From Rhizodiscina lignyota (Eukaryota), in contig ML978129.1 of assembly GCA_010015805.1 (NCBI GenBank), forward strand, positions 1,364,001-1,428,000: 64,000 bases of DNA, written 5' to 3'. The notes under the pieces were generated by a model that worked only from the letters and a program-made list of their open reading frames with translations, did no database searches and was not told where the DNA came from. Position numbers and translations under genes: made by a program. This document shows positions 1 through 11,408 of this stretch, in pieces; positions within the stretch are counted from its first letter, which is position 1, and every line of letters begins with the position of its first letter.

Positions 1-953
1 ACCAGGCCCAGTACATCTCAAATGTCTGCATGAAAGTCAACGCGAAGCTTGGAGGTTCGACTTGCCGTGCTACTAGCAAAGTCATGGCCAAGATTGCTCC
101 CAACCACGCGAAGATTCCCACCATGGCCATCGGCATCGACGTCTCTCACGCCGCCCCTGGAAGCGACCAAGGTTCCATGGCTGCAATCACGATGTCTCTG
201 AACGCTGACTTGACTCGTTACGCTGCGCACTGCAACACCAACGGTCACCGTGTGGAGCTGGTGACAAAGACCAACATCCTCGACCTGGAAAACTACGTGA
301 AGCACTGGGTCTCCACGACTGGCAAAGGCGCCTTGCCTTCTCGCGTCGTCTATTTCCGCGATGGTGTTTCTGAAGGCCAGTATCAGCAGGTCATTACTCA
401 AGAGGTTGCGGACTTGAAGGAGCTGTTCCACAATATCGACCCCAAGAAGCAGGTTCAATTCACCGTTCTGATCGGCTCAAAGCGTCACCACGTCCGCTTC
501 TTCCCCCTTGGCAACGGTGGTGACCGCAACGGCAACCCCAAGCCAGGCACTCTCGTCGAGACCGGTGTCACTCATCCATATGAGTTTGACTTCTACTTGT
601 GTTCTCATGCGGCCATCAAGGGTACCGCTCGTCCCATGCACTACTATTGCTTGCTGAACGAGGCCGGTATGTCTCCTGAGGAGATCCAGCAGATGCTGTA
701 TGAGCACTGCTACCAGTATGCTCGTGCGACCACGCCTGTTTCGCAGTTCCCCGCGATCTACTACGCGCATCTGGCATCCAACCGTGCAGTCGCTCATGAG
801 AACCGCCCGGCTGTCTCTAGCGGCAAGAAGGAAGCTGGAGTCAAGCATGGTCAGACTGCGTCCTCTTCGTCTGACAAGACTCCAACAGAGATTCCGCCCC
901 TCATGGCACTCAACAACCAGATGGGTATCCGCCTTGCGATGTGGTATATCTAA
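1..953 (+). CDS. Argonaute (QDE-2/AGO-like), C-terminal MID/PIWI part; gene starts upstream of the window
   Basis: Frame is open from position 3 (QAQYISNVCMKVNAKLGG). PIWI motifs: GIDVSH, YFRDGVSEGQY, KRHHVRFFP, GTARPMHY, RATTPVS..PAIYYAHLA, C-terminal MWYI. Confidence 0.97.
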   Translation, partial: QAQYISNVCMKVNAKLGGSTCRATSKVMAKIAPNHAKIPTMAIGIDVSHAAPGSDQGSMAAITMSLNADLTRYAAHCNTNGHRVELVTKTNILDLENYVKHWVSTTGKGALPSRVVYFRDGVSEGQYQQVITQEVADLKELFHNIDPKKQVQFTVLIGSKRHHVRFFPLGNGGDRNGNPKPGTLVETGVTHPYEFDFYLCSHAAIKGTARPMHYYCLLNEAGMSPEEIQQMLYEHCYQYARATTPVSQFPAIYYAHLASNRAVAHENRPAVSSGKKEAGVKHGQTASSSSDKTPTEIPPLMALNNQMGIRLAMWYI

Positions 954-1656
954 ACGACTCTCTGACTTCATCTTTTCTGTTCCTGCCCCCTTTGGTCTGC
1001 GACTCTTGGCTCTCTCCTCACCGGTCTCTCTGCAACAAGCTCTGTCTCCAGACTCGTTGCACTCATCACGGACAGGCGCTGAACTGGCGACCTTGTATCC
1101 GTCAATCGACTTTCTCACTTGTTAGTCAGCGCTCCCAAAAAGAGCTGCTGCGTCCACTCTTTTACTCTCTTGGTTTCTGGCATAGCAATGGCGGGCGACA
1201 TACCCCACGGCGTTCGGTGAGGATACTCAGATCTTCTCTTCTCTGTCTGACGGAGGAGGCATTATCTCGAGGGCTTTCTCACTCACCCGATGATTGCTGG
1301 TTTTCCTTTTGCTTCTCTTTCATACTTTCCTCACTTGTGAAAAGGTTGCTTCATCTTCTGCGATCTCGGTCATGGAAGGCAAAAAGCTCCCTGAGCAGGT
1401 GGTTGGAAAGTGGCTCCTCGGGCTCTGGGCAACAAAAATCGGCGACGAAACTCTAAGGCGGCAATGTAAATTAGAAAATCCAAAAAAGCACCCACAGATA
1501 GAAAATACAGATCGGCGTATCTGACTAAATTCTCTTCCCCCTTTATTCTGTTCATGATGTGACTACCACTCTCATTGCACCTGACTTAGGGCTTTCTACA
1601 TGATTGTGATATTGCCTTGCTTGATATCGAACATAATCCTAATCGCCGGGCTTCAT

Positions 1657-2531
1657 CTATCTCGCCCTCCATCGCACCCTTCCAACCCACGCAGCCCAGT
1701 TCCGTACATCGTCCCTTTCCACCAATCTCTCCACACTCCACCAGTCCTTCGCCAACTCCTCATTGCTCGCAATCTTGTGCACAAAGCTATGGCATGCTCG
1801 ACATAACCACGCCACGTTGTTCAGATCCTCCTCCTTGTGCCATCCGCGCTTCAGAACCTTTCCATGCACGCCCCGTGGGATAAGATGGTGATATGTCAAG
1901 GGCAGATGTGTACGGCCACAGATCTCGCACTCGTTGGTTTCTGGGCGCGTGGATGAGGGCGGAGGGGGAGGGGTCGCGCTGATGGAGATATAGACCGTGA
2001 AGACAGGCGAGAGAAACGCCGACGTAAAGGTTGGATCTTCGACAGAGGATGCGGTCGAGGGGTGGAGGTAGGAGGCTAAGGAGTCTGCTACTGACGGTGG
2101 GAGACTGCCGATGAGATTGTCAAGGGTATTGGACGGCAGAGGGTCGGCGTATATGCTTTGGAGGTCGGCAGAGTTGGTGAAGGTCGTGTGGGTAAGTGCT
2201 CGAAGGTCGGATGGGAGGGAGGTGAAGATCTCGGAGGCGAGATACTGTGGCCGTTAGTAGGCTGAGATGGTAAGGTCGAGAAGACGGGATAAAGTACGTC
2301 TATGAAATCCGCGAGGTCTTCTGCGTCGTTCGTCTCTTGCTCGGCAGCGATACCATCCTCATTCGCCTTCAGGCCATGTTGGCTCTTCTCTTTCGATTTC
2401 AACCCATTCTTGCGGCCCTTTGCAGCTCGTCGACGCGCTGGCTTCTTCGGCGCGGAAAGACGTGCGATGATGGCTTCGCTGAGACAGTCGCGGAAGGTTT
2501 CGTAGTTTGATTGTTCGGACGGGGAGAGCAT
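1657..2531 (-). CDS. HNH/zinc-finger endonuclease-like protein (YisB-like), 2 exons
   Basis: Exon 1 2531-2298, intron 2297-2245 (gtactt..ctaac..cag), exon 2 to 1657. Contains CEICGR, TYHHLIPR and WLCRACHSFVH (CxxC..HH..CxxCH). Confidence 0.8.
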
Positions 2532-2737
2532 ATGTGCACGAGGTCAATCGGACCAGGCGCGGGACGTCAAATCCCAGAGCCGGCTCATAATGGCTAGTCA
2601 CTGCGCTGATATGGAATCAGCGTGCAACTTGGAGGAGTTGGGCCTGTAATATACAAGTGGAAATGCCTGAATGTCGAAAAGTGCGATGACTTAGCGTCGA
2701 CCCCGCTGGAGAGCTGCCCTCGCCGGTGTCTACAAGT

Positions 2738-2790
2738 AGAGAACTTCCATTTCCAGAGAACTTCCATTTCCAGAGAACTTTCCAGAAACT
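2738..2790 (+). repeat. 17-bp tandem repeat (agagaacttccatttcc x2 plus partial copy) ending in a perfect GAAnnTTCnnGAA
   Basis: Read directly; GAActTTCcaGAA lies at 2775-2787. Confidence 0.85.
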
Positions 2791-2812
2791 TAATCACAGC
2801 CATATCACGATC

Positions 2813-3605
2813 ATGACAGGCTCATCGGGCGATGTGGTGATTGCGTTCGATTTGTATGGAACGTTGCTCAGCACGGCTTCGATAGCGAAGCAGCTTGCGG
2901 ACCATTTTGGACAAGAGAAGGCACAGTCCATTGCGGCGGAATGGAGGAAATATCAACTGGAATATTCATGGAGATTGACTTGTATGGGTATGTACTCTAG
3001 ACTTCAAGCACTATATACAATCAATAATGAGACGGTTAGGCAAATATGAGCCCTTCTCAGCCCTCACGCTGAAATCGCTCAAGCACACTCTCACAGAAGC
3101 GGGTGTGTCACTGGAAGAGAAGGACATTGACAGCTTGATGAAAGCATACGACTCGCTCTCCACATTCCCAGATGTCCAGCCGGCGCTCTCGACGCTGAAG
3201 AAAATGCACGGCGTGAAGCCCGTCGTCTTCACCAATGGCTCGTACGAAATGGCGTCGAACAGCGTCAACAAGTCGCCGGATCTGTCTCCGCACTCGGCAA
3301 CGTTCCAGGAACTCGTGGTCATCGAGGAGGTGAAGAAATTCAAGCCTGCGCCTGAGGTGTACAAGTACCTCGCGCAGAGGGTGGGCAAGACGGAGAGTCA
3401 GATGGGCGAGATGTGGCTGGTTAGTAGTAATCCGTTCGACGTGGTGGGAGCGAGAGCCTGCGGGATGAACGTTGCCTGGGTTGATAGAGCGGGAATGGGA
3501 TGGACGGATAGGCTTGCGGAGGAGGGTGGTGGACCGACTGTGATTGTGAAGAGTCTGGGGGAGGTGATTGAAGCCGTAAAGAAACACTCTGGGCTATCAT
3601 CATGA
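2813..3605 (+). CDS. HAD-superfamily haloacid dehalogenase type II-like hydrolase, 2 exons
   Basis: Motif I AFDLYGTLL, FTNGS, FKPAPEVY, LVSSNPFDVVGA. Intron 2988-3039 (gtatgt..tag). Confidence 0.92.
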
Positions 3606-4510
3606 TTGAAACACGATAAGAAACGAACAAATGAATCATTTGAGGTCCCCTGAATTCGTAAAATGTCCTAGAGACACATTTTCGAAGCTCTTCATGTGAG
3701 CAAGTTTGTGCCGTGTCAAAATTTACCCATCATCCACAAAGGTAAGGAGGCTGGGGGGTAAGCCGACGGATGCGTTAGTCTGCCCTACGTTTCCATCCAG
3801 CTGATCATTACAGCCGAAGCCATTCGAACCAGAAGAATATGAAGGGGTTCAGTTTTTTGTGTGTTGTGGAAGAACGCAAAGCGTGCGATGTTTTAAAGCC
3901 AAAGAGATCAAGCTATACCGGATATGGTATAGTGTCGTCCAGGTTCACAAACGCTTTGCAAATCAGCACAATTCCTCTCACTGAATTAAGGTTGACGAAT
4001 TAATTCAATTTAAATTGTAATCTGCTCATTCGAATATCTGATATAGAGAGTACTCTTGGTATCCTTTCCTTTGGCGCTACTTGTATTGCTGCGCCCTTTC
4101 TGCCGATTATTTTTTCGTCCGCTGTCTCTTCTCCTATCATTCATTGCATCATTGAGCTTTTAATATCGCTAAGTCTGAAGATGAATCTTCCGTCCTTGGA
4201 CTTTTATTCATAAATTGATATGATTCCGTGCTGGAACCTCTTGATATAAAGGTATAAAAAAACGGTTTTGTTAGTGCGGCGACTTCAAGGTAACGAACTC
4301 ATCGGGTTGGATGGAGTGGACAAGTGCAGCATTTACAATATTGCTCTTTAATGCAAGTAAGAGAATTTCTGGAAGCTTGAGTTAATATACTTTACGCTGT
4401 ATTTATTGATATCCATCTCACCATGACATGATGTGTGTCATGCTCTTCTTTGTCTCTTAAGTTACACGATCTCCCAACGTCAAATCTGTCACAGTGCTGT
4501 CATAGAGAAT

Positions 4511-5161
4511 TCATCCCCCCAACGTTTTCTCAGCCAGCATTGTAGCATGTGACGGAGTCATGGTAGTAGTGGTGGTTCTTGTAGATGACTGGTTGGACTG
4601 TGATGGCGTGCAGCACTCGGCATTGACCCTGGTGAAGAGGGCGAGCAAAGGAGTGCCGATTATGGTGGTCTTCAGGACTAGAAGCGGCCCACGAATCCAC
4701 GGACCATGGACTTTGACGAGATATCGTTCGAGGTAATGGAAGAGTGCCCCGAGAGCTGTCAAGCTGACCGGCGACATGGTGTACCCGAGGAATCGCTGGC
4801 GTCGGCACTCGTCGTCGTATACGATATTGAAGTAGGCCGTCGTTCCAGTGGTAAGTGCGGAGCCCGCAAAGTATATCTTGAAACTAAATCTTCTGAAAGT
4901 ATTCTTCGTTTTGGAGGAAGTCGCTCCAATTTGGCCTTCATCTCGTGTTTGTGCTTCCAGATTAATTGTAATGTGCGAAGAGTCGTCGTCATTGTCGAGC
5001 TCCTTGGACGGCGATGAATGATTTGAGTCCCTACGCTTTGAACGGTTGCGTCTTGAGTCTTTGCATCTTGAGTCATTGCATTTCCAGTCGTTGCGTCTCG
5101 AGCCATTGCGGCTTGCATCGTGGCGCCCTGAGCCGTTGCGCCCTGCGTGATTGGGTCCCAT
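4511..5161 (-). CDS. Orphan ORF (216 aa) with a repeat-derived N-terminus and 2-3 hydrophobic segments; coding status uncertain
   Basis: ATG-initiated long ORF. No family recognised. Confidence 0.3.
   Translation of the reverse strand: MGPNHAGRNGSGRHDASRNGSRRNDWKCNDSRCKDSRRNRSKRRDSNHSSPSKELDNDDDSSHITINLEAQTRDEGQIGATSSKTKNTFRRFSFKIYFAGSALTTGTTAYFNIVYDDECRRQRFLGYTMSPVSLTALGALFHYLERYLVKVHGPWIRGPLLVLKTTIIGTPLLALFTRVNAECCTPSQSNQSSTRTTTTTMTPSHATMLAEKTLGG
5033..5152. repeat. Degenerate 15-bp minisatellite, 8 copies
   Basis: Minus strand: aatcacgcagggcgc/aacggctcagggcgc/cacgatgcaagccgc/aatggctcgagacgc/aacgactggaaatgc/aatgactcaagatgc/aaagactcaagacgc/aaccgttcaaagcgt. Confidence 0.85.
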
Positions 5162-6261
5162 ACTTCTGTCTCTGCTATGGCGGTAAGACTAGCAATGTTC
5201 CTGATTCTGTCGATGCTAGTGAGACAAACGGAGAAGATGTTGGATAGATTGTGAACGTACATAGGAGAGAAATAATAAACGAAGAGAAACCGTGCTCGCC
5301 TCCGATTGTAGATAAGTCCTGCGAATACTGCGATGGTAACATAATTGGCAGGGGCGTTCTAATGGCTTCGAGGGGCAGCGACGCCGACCTCAGTCTATCC
5401 AGCTCGGATTACTGCTATCTCGATCCCATTTGGCTTTGAGTAGGGAGACAAAGACTACCATGTTTGACTACTTGGAAAGATTCTGGAAACTTACACAAGC
5501 CCATTTCGCATTGAGAATACGAATAGCAAAACCCAGAAGTGTAACTAGTTAATGCAGCCACAGAGCATATGTATTCGTGGTTCGAGCACGCTTCTTTCTC
5601 TTCCGTTCGTTGAGTAGCTTCTACTCTGTGATAGGATGCGCATTATTGGAAGCGTCTCAGGCAATCCAATCAACTAGAAATGGATCGGAGAGGGACAGAA
5701 AACCTTGCTCTTGTCGCTGCATGAATTCTCACTTACTCCGCAGTAAGCGCGGCTGGAGCCCAAAGATGGATTGGAATGGCATCACAACTAGGTATTTGGG
5801 GTTGAGATGTCTACGTAGGAGAAATTGGAAGTACCCTACACCCCTAGAGGAACCACCGAGATGCGCAAGTCAATGAAGTATGTAAAGGGAGCTACATCAT
5901 TCTCTTCTATCAACGACACACATGGTTGGGCTGCGGGAAAAGAAACTTGGATATGGAGAGCGTGGCTACTGCCCAAGCTAGCCTAATTGGGAAGGACCCC
6001 TGTTTGCGGCGGCCGTAGCCGCTGCCAAGACCAGCATTGACGCAACTTGCTTCAGGCGGAGGCACGCACGATACACACAAACCACACAAACCACTCTCTC
6101 TTTTCATGACTCACGCGAGCGAGGCTCTTCCTGTAGAGGCATATCATAATTTCTAGAGGACCCTTCCACAAGCAAAGCAGCGAGATCTCAAGGCTCTCAG
6201 CTTCTGACAAGCACCTGATCGACAACGCACACGACTTCCAACGACACAGCACACTTTCGCC

Positions 6262-7057
6262 ATGTCTTCGGTGAACAGAGGAAGAGCGGGGAAGTTCAGG
6301 AAGCCAAAGCGAGGCGGTCAGTAACTCCTGGCTCGTTCGAATCGATATATGGATACTAATACTATTTATAGGTGGCAAGCAGTTCAGTCGTGATCTCCAA
6401 CCGATAGGCGCAGACGGTGAGGTGCAGAGCATGTGGGCCGAGCCACGCAACAAGGACGGAGACGACTCATCAGAGGATGATGATGACGAATCTACGGAGG
6501 AGGAAGATACCTCAGATGACGATGTGCCACCCCAGAACCAGCAGGATCAGTCGCGCGAGCAGCGCCGTGCCGCAGCGAAGGCGAGGAAGGAAGCCGCAAA
6601 GGCGAAGCAGCAGGCCAAACCCGCCGCTCCAGGCGAACTGCCATCCTCCTCTGAGGAGGACGAAGACGATGATGACGATGAAATGCCTGCGAATCCGAAC
6701 CACACCGCGGCAGCACGCACCCAGGTTGCCGGCGCTGAAGCAATGTCGAAGAAGGCTGAGAAGAAGCCGGAGCTGTCGCGTAGGGAGCGGGAGGCTCTTG
6801 CCGCGCAGCAAGCAAAGGAGCGATACCAGGCAATGCATCTAGCGGGCAAGACGGACGAGGCACGTGCTGATTTGGCACGGTTGGCTCTCATAAAGGAGAA
6901 GAGGGAGGCTGAGGCCGAAAGGAAGAAGGCTGAGGCTGAGGAAAGGGCAGAGAGGGAGAAGGAGAAGGGTGATGAAAATGATAGGGAGAAAAAGATGAGG
7001 GACGCCGCTGTTGGTTCGAGTGGCAAGAGGGGTGGGAAGCGTGGAGGTAAGAAGTGA
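6262..7057 (+). CDS. PP28/PDAP1-like casein kinase substrate phosphoprotein, 2 exons
   Basis: MSSVNRGRAGKFRKPKRG|GGKQFSRDL, acidic tracts, LSRREREAL..KERY..H.AGKTDEARADLARL. Intron 6317-6371. Confidence 0.9.
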
Positions 7058-7344
7058 TGAATGGAAGAACGGCCGAGTGTGGTTTCCATACGGAGTATCG
7101 GACGTTTGATGACGATTGCATACAGCACGACAGCATTTTATCAAGCGGAGCAGATACGGGCAGTTCATGTTCTCTAGATGACTCTCATAGTCTTTGCTAT
7201 GATTGATATATCACAGGTTCGGAGTTAAACCCCGTATCAACGCCTGGCGCTATGCAAATATCTTCCTACATTGTTCGATGGCAAATTCAGGGCACCGTTT
7301 GCGAACTGATGTCGCACTGAATGGACGAACCAGCGTATAAACGC

Positions 7345-7930
7345 TCATTTCATCCCACCCTTCCCCTTTCCACTCTTCGCCGCTGGCTCGTTTGAGCCTT
7401 TCGCTTTCTCTTTGCTGTTCTCTCTTTTCCCAAAACCAGTGATCAAATCGAGCAAACTATCCTCTGGCGCGTCTCTCGGTAGTGCCTCTTCGCCATCACG
7501 CGCCTGTCCCATGGGTCAGCTCGATCCAATTGCACCACAGCCATTCAGCAAATATACATACCGCCTCTCCTTTCTCAACATTAACTGCCTCTGCATCCCA
7601 TCCTCGACCAAACTTCGCTCTGAAAGCCCGTAGTCGTCCAGCTTCGTCTTCTTCCACATTCATGAGCTTTTGACTTGACGGGTTCCATAGCGCCGTATTG
7701 CGCGTGTCTTTTGTAGACCTGTATACCGGTGCCGGTGAAGTTGTTCGCTGTAAGTATGCGCTGCCATCAGAGAGGGTAACGAGCTGTGTGAAAGTGTACG
7801 GCCGGCGTGGACGCTTGATGAGGGTTGCGTGCCGGGTTTGCTGGTGCGAAGGGGAGGATGGGGAGGTGAGTCGGAGGCATTGAGGACAGATGGGACGTTT
7901 CAGAGAGATTGATAATGAAGGAGAGGCCAT
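7345..7930 (-). CDS. MRPL36: Mitochondrial large-subunit ribosomal protein bL31m (Mrpl36-like), 2 exons
   Basis: Presequence-like N-terminus, RPYTFTQLVTLSDGS..RTTSP..KDTRN..LWNPS..EAGRLRAFRAKFG. Intron 7561-7504. Exon 2 contains EDSLLDLI. Confidence 0.88.
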
Positions 7931-8113
7931 TTCTGCAGTAATATGAGGATAATGGTTTGATGTTGTTACAATAACCTTGCGGAGGTGCACTACTTTTTTC
8001 GGTCTTCCGCGCCAAGGCCGGCCACTCAACCTTCTTTCGAACCGGAACAGATGAAAAGAAGTCCACACTACCATTGAGCATCGCGACCTCAAGCGCAGTG
8101 GAGCGAGTTCGGT

Positions 8114-9802
8114 ATGCAGCATGTTCTGCCACCGACGCAGCTCTCGACCGTGGCACGCCGCTTCTTCTTCGCCTTCCACGAGCTAAATCGTCCTCCGAGA
8201 CACTTTCATACCATTGTTCGCCAAAGAAGATGCCCCGTTCGCTTGCGAATTTGGCGATACGGACCATGGACAAGTGGTCAGAGAAATAGCACTGGTATTC
8301 GTCAATATGGTGGGACTGCAGGTAGAAGGTCTACTGTAGTGTGGGATGGTGACGATGGAAAAGAGCCTGGAAACTCTGCCATTGAACGAGATGGGAAGCC
8401 TCTTGAAGCTCAAGAGCTGAAGGAAATGTCAGAGGCAGTACAGGATGACCTCGATACCTTGAACATGAACTTTCCTGGAGCGGATAAGCCAGCGATAATC
8501 GATGCAAATGCTACTAGTGCACAACCTAATATTCACGAACAACTGAAGCGCATAGCCTCGAGGATGGATGAATTAAATCGTCGGCTTGATGAGCTTAGTC
8601 GCCAGAGAGATGATTCGGTACGAAAGGCGCCACCGTCACAACTTAGCGTCTCTGAGATGACAACCCATGTCATGAGGAAATTGTCAAGCTCTCCAGTCGT
8701 TATCACCACCCTTTCAGCGGATCGTGAGAATGACGGGCTTCTCCCAAGACAACAAGACCTTCGCGCCATGACTGTGTCCTCCTTCACAACAGTCACGATG
8801 AAACCAAACCCGGTCATATCCTTCAATGTTCGCCGGCCTTCCAGGACTCTGGATGGCATCTTACGCTGGAGGGTTTTCCCGGTCCATATCCTTGACAGCA
8901 GTCCAGAAGGCGCATCGATTGCTCATGCATTTACACGAGGAGATCCTGTTGAGGCTTTTGAAAAAATTCTCAAAATACCTGGTCTTAAAACACGTCGAAA
9001 TCAAAATTCCAACAGGATACATCACCCCAGCGTATTCGCCAGGTTGAACTGTACTCTGATTCCTGAGAAGACTGTCACCATCGGAGATCACTCTGTAATC
9101 TTTGCAACCGTGGAAAATGTGGCAATGGGAAGAGCAAGCAGCAATCTTTCGTCTGTCAATGGGCTCGTGTATCAAGACGGCGCATATCGATCACCTGGCT
9201 CCGCTGTGCTTGAGCCTTCTGGAACAAACAAAGGTTCAGGGAGTCGACCGACGCCTAATCCATCAGACACACCAGTGGAAGGGGCCCGACCCAAGCGCAA
9301 CACACCTCGTGCCCGACCTATTAGCACTAGTTCTCCCAAGGTTGAAGAAGATAAAAGCGGAAAATCTGGACAGGATGGAGAGCGAAATGCCGCTCTGGAT
9401 GAAACGAAAGACGAAGATGCTTGGACCGAGTCTTCCACATCAGCTACATTGTATACGGAGAACGACTTGCCATGGTATAACGAGAAATCTGAAGTGCCAC
9501 CCAGTGATCCAGATGCAAATAAGACAGAAGAACCACACCTACGTATAATGTACACCATGGCGGGAGAAAATCCTAACTTGTCCACGATCGCTCGTCGGGT
9601 ACGGGCAAAGTACGGAATGTCGCAGATAGTTGGACAAAGTCACGAGAATGGCATCCCCAGTGTAGCAAGTGACGATTCGAGCACTGCATCTACTGGCACT
9701 TCAAAGTGCTTCTCCGTACAGGGTGAGGAGACTGCGGCAAAGAACGAACCGAGCGAGGGGCGAAAAGGAGAGAGGAATCTCGACAGAGCCACCGAGCAGT
9801 GA
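8114..9802 (+). CDS. Flavin reductase-like domain protein with long low-complexity flanks, probably mitochondrial
   Basis: MR...PVVITT, AMTVSSFTTVTMKPNPVISFNVRRPSRTL, GDHSVI, LVYQDGAYR. Arg-rich N-terminus. Confidence 0.85.
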   Translation: MQHVLPPTQLSTVARRFFFAFHELNRPPRHFHTIVRQRRCPVRLRIWRYGPWTSGQRNSTGIRQYGGTAGRRSTVVWDGDDGKEPGNSAIERDGKPLEAQELKEMSEAVQDDLDTLNMNFPGADKPAIIDANATSAQPNIHEQLKRIASRMDELNRRLDELSRQRDDSVRKAPPSQLSVSEMTTHVMRKLSSSPVVITTLSADRENDGLLPRQQDLRAMTVSSFTTVTMKPNPVISFNVRRPSRTLDGILRWRVFPVHILDSSPEGASIAHAFTRGDPVEAFEKILKIPGLKTRRNQNSNRIHHPSVFARLNCTLIPEKTVTIGDHSVIFATVENVAMGRASSNLSSVNGLVYQDGAYRSPGSAVLEPSGTNKGSGSRPTPNPSDTPVEGARPKRNTPRARPISTSSPKVEEDKSGKSGQDGERNAALDETKDEDAWTESSTSATLYTENDLPWYNEKSEVPPSDPDANKTEEPHLRIMYTMAGENPNLSTIARRVRAKYGMSQIVGQSHENGIPSVASDDSSTASTGTSKCFSVQGEETAAKNEPSEGRKGERNLDRATEQ

Positions 9803-9836
9803 TGGAGCCGCTCCACGTCAGCTCATTAGGCCCACC

Positions 9837-9879
9837 GCATCGACGAACTTGTCTGCATCGACGAACTTGTCCGCATCGA
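9837..9879. repeat. 18-bp tandem repeat (gcatcgacgaacttgtcY), about 2.4 copies, 3' of the flavin reductase-like gene
   Basis: Read directly. Confidence 0.85.
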
Positions 9880-10331
9880 TGCGAACTGAACAGCGGATTC
9901 GAAGTTGCAATCTGTGCTGCAGAAGCAGAAGGAAGAGGAGAAGACGGTACAAATGAGCGTGGAGGGATACTAGAGTAACTATTTTGCGACTGTCATAACC
10001 AGTGACCGAGATTCTTATTGGCCTATCCGGCCAAGCTCTTTCAGACTGCGAGCTGTTTGGGCGATGTGATGAATGTATTGGCCTTGGCTGAATGCGTCCA
10101 GTCGGAGTACATGGAGCGCCTTTGATTTGATTCAAGAATTACTATGTACAATTCTTTGTACGATAGATCTGTGTGAATAGAGGTTCATTGGACTGTTGCA
10201 TATCGCAGCATCCATGAACTCTTCAATCAGCTGGCCATCATCTGAGGTTTGAATATCAGCGCATCGCCATAGGCGAGATCTTCCATCATCTTCATAACAT
10301 GGTCACGTATGCGCTGTTAAATGCAGCACCT

Positions 10332-10928
10332 TCAGATCCCATCTTCAATATCTGCATTGTCCATCTCAACATCGCCATTATGCGTGTTGCCTTTTCGTTC
10401 CTTGATACCCTCTAACATCTCCCTCGCTTCCTTCCAGACCTCCTCCTCCTTTCTCCGACCCACCTCATCTCCCCGCGAGTTCAGCCACCCAATGTCAAGA
10501 TTTCCTAGGCCACCGGCGGTAATCACGTCATCCGCCTTGTTAGTGCTAGGATCGCCCTTCTCGATCACTACTGGTCGCGCATCGGCCGCTTTGGCGGGGA
10601 TCAGCCCCTCGTCTTGCAGCGCTTCGGACTCGGTTTGCAGTGCGGACTGGATGCGCGAGAAGAGTTTGAAGTATGCCGTCGCGTTCGTGGTGAATGCGGC
10701 CTTGCGTGCCTCAGTGGGGTCTGTCGAGTTGGATTCCGAGGGAGGATTACTGCTGAGAGCGGAGATGGAGTTCCCGGCGGCGCGGAGGAGAGATGCCACG
10801 TCCTGTGTCGTGTCAGTATATTTGTCGTGCATAATTTACTATGTGGCGCATTTTAGTACCTCCTCAATGGCACTGAGAGCCTGGATGCGCTGGGCGCGTT
10901 TCGCTTTGAAGGACTGTTCTTCCGCCAT
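10332..10928 (-). CDS. MED11: Mediator subunit Med11, 2 exons
   Basis: MAEEQSFKAKRAQRIQALSAIEE|DVASLLRAAG...GGLGNLDIGWLNSR...E.EVW.EA. Intron 10859-10803. Confidence 0.88.
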
Positions 10929-11408
10929 GGTCGTTGGATGTGGAAGAAGGAGCTTGTCTCAACCCATAATCATTGTCGGCGCATGAAATGCCACATCAAA
11001 CGATGATGCGTGATTAAGTAGCAACACAGTGTTATACGATAATGTTCTCATCGATAATAGCGAAGGGTAGTGATGCAGATGTAAAAGCTCCGATTGAGGC
11101 TCTGCGGGAGCTAAATTAGCGCGGCATGGGGCTTTCGTCGCTTCACTCCATCCGTGTCCGACTGACTTCACTCGGTCGCACATTCCATCATCATACCACG
11201 CCACCCAGCCATCATCCACGAATTGTCTGCCACAGAGACAACACCTCGACACATCGTCCCTACACTGACAAACGCCGACGAACATCTCACCTGTCTGCGC
11301 GCATCCTCGCGATCACCTTTCCCTTCCACATGGAAGGCCAGACCTACATAACTTGAGAGATCTGGGGACGTCCATCGGTCGAAGCTTCCAAGTTCTATCA
11401 TCGTCACA

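Noticed and set aside
6106..6113. ATGACTCA upstream of the PP28-like gene
   Set aside because: A single short match is expected by chance in 64 kb, and there is no supporting context.
9669..9956. ORF overlapping the flavin-reductase-like stop and reading through the 18-bp repeat
   Set aside because: Non-ATG start, different frame, and no frameshift or readthrough signal seen.
10066..10245. GTGATGA...CTGA, resembling a C/D snoRNA
   Set aside because: No terminal stem or recognisable rRNA guide; such short boxes occur by chance.
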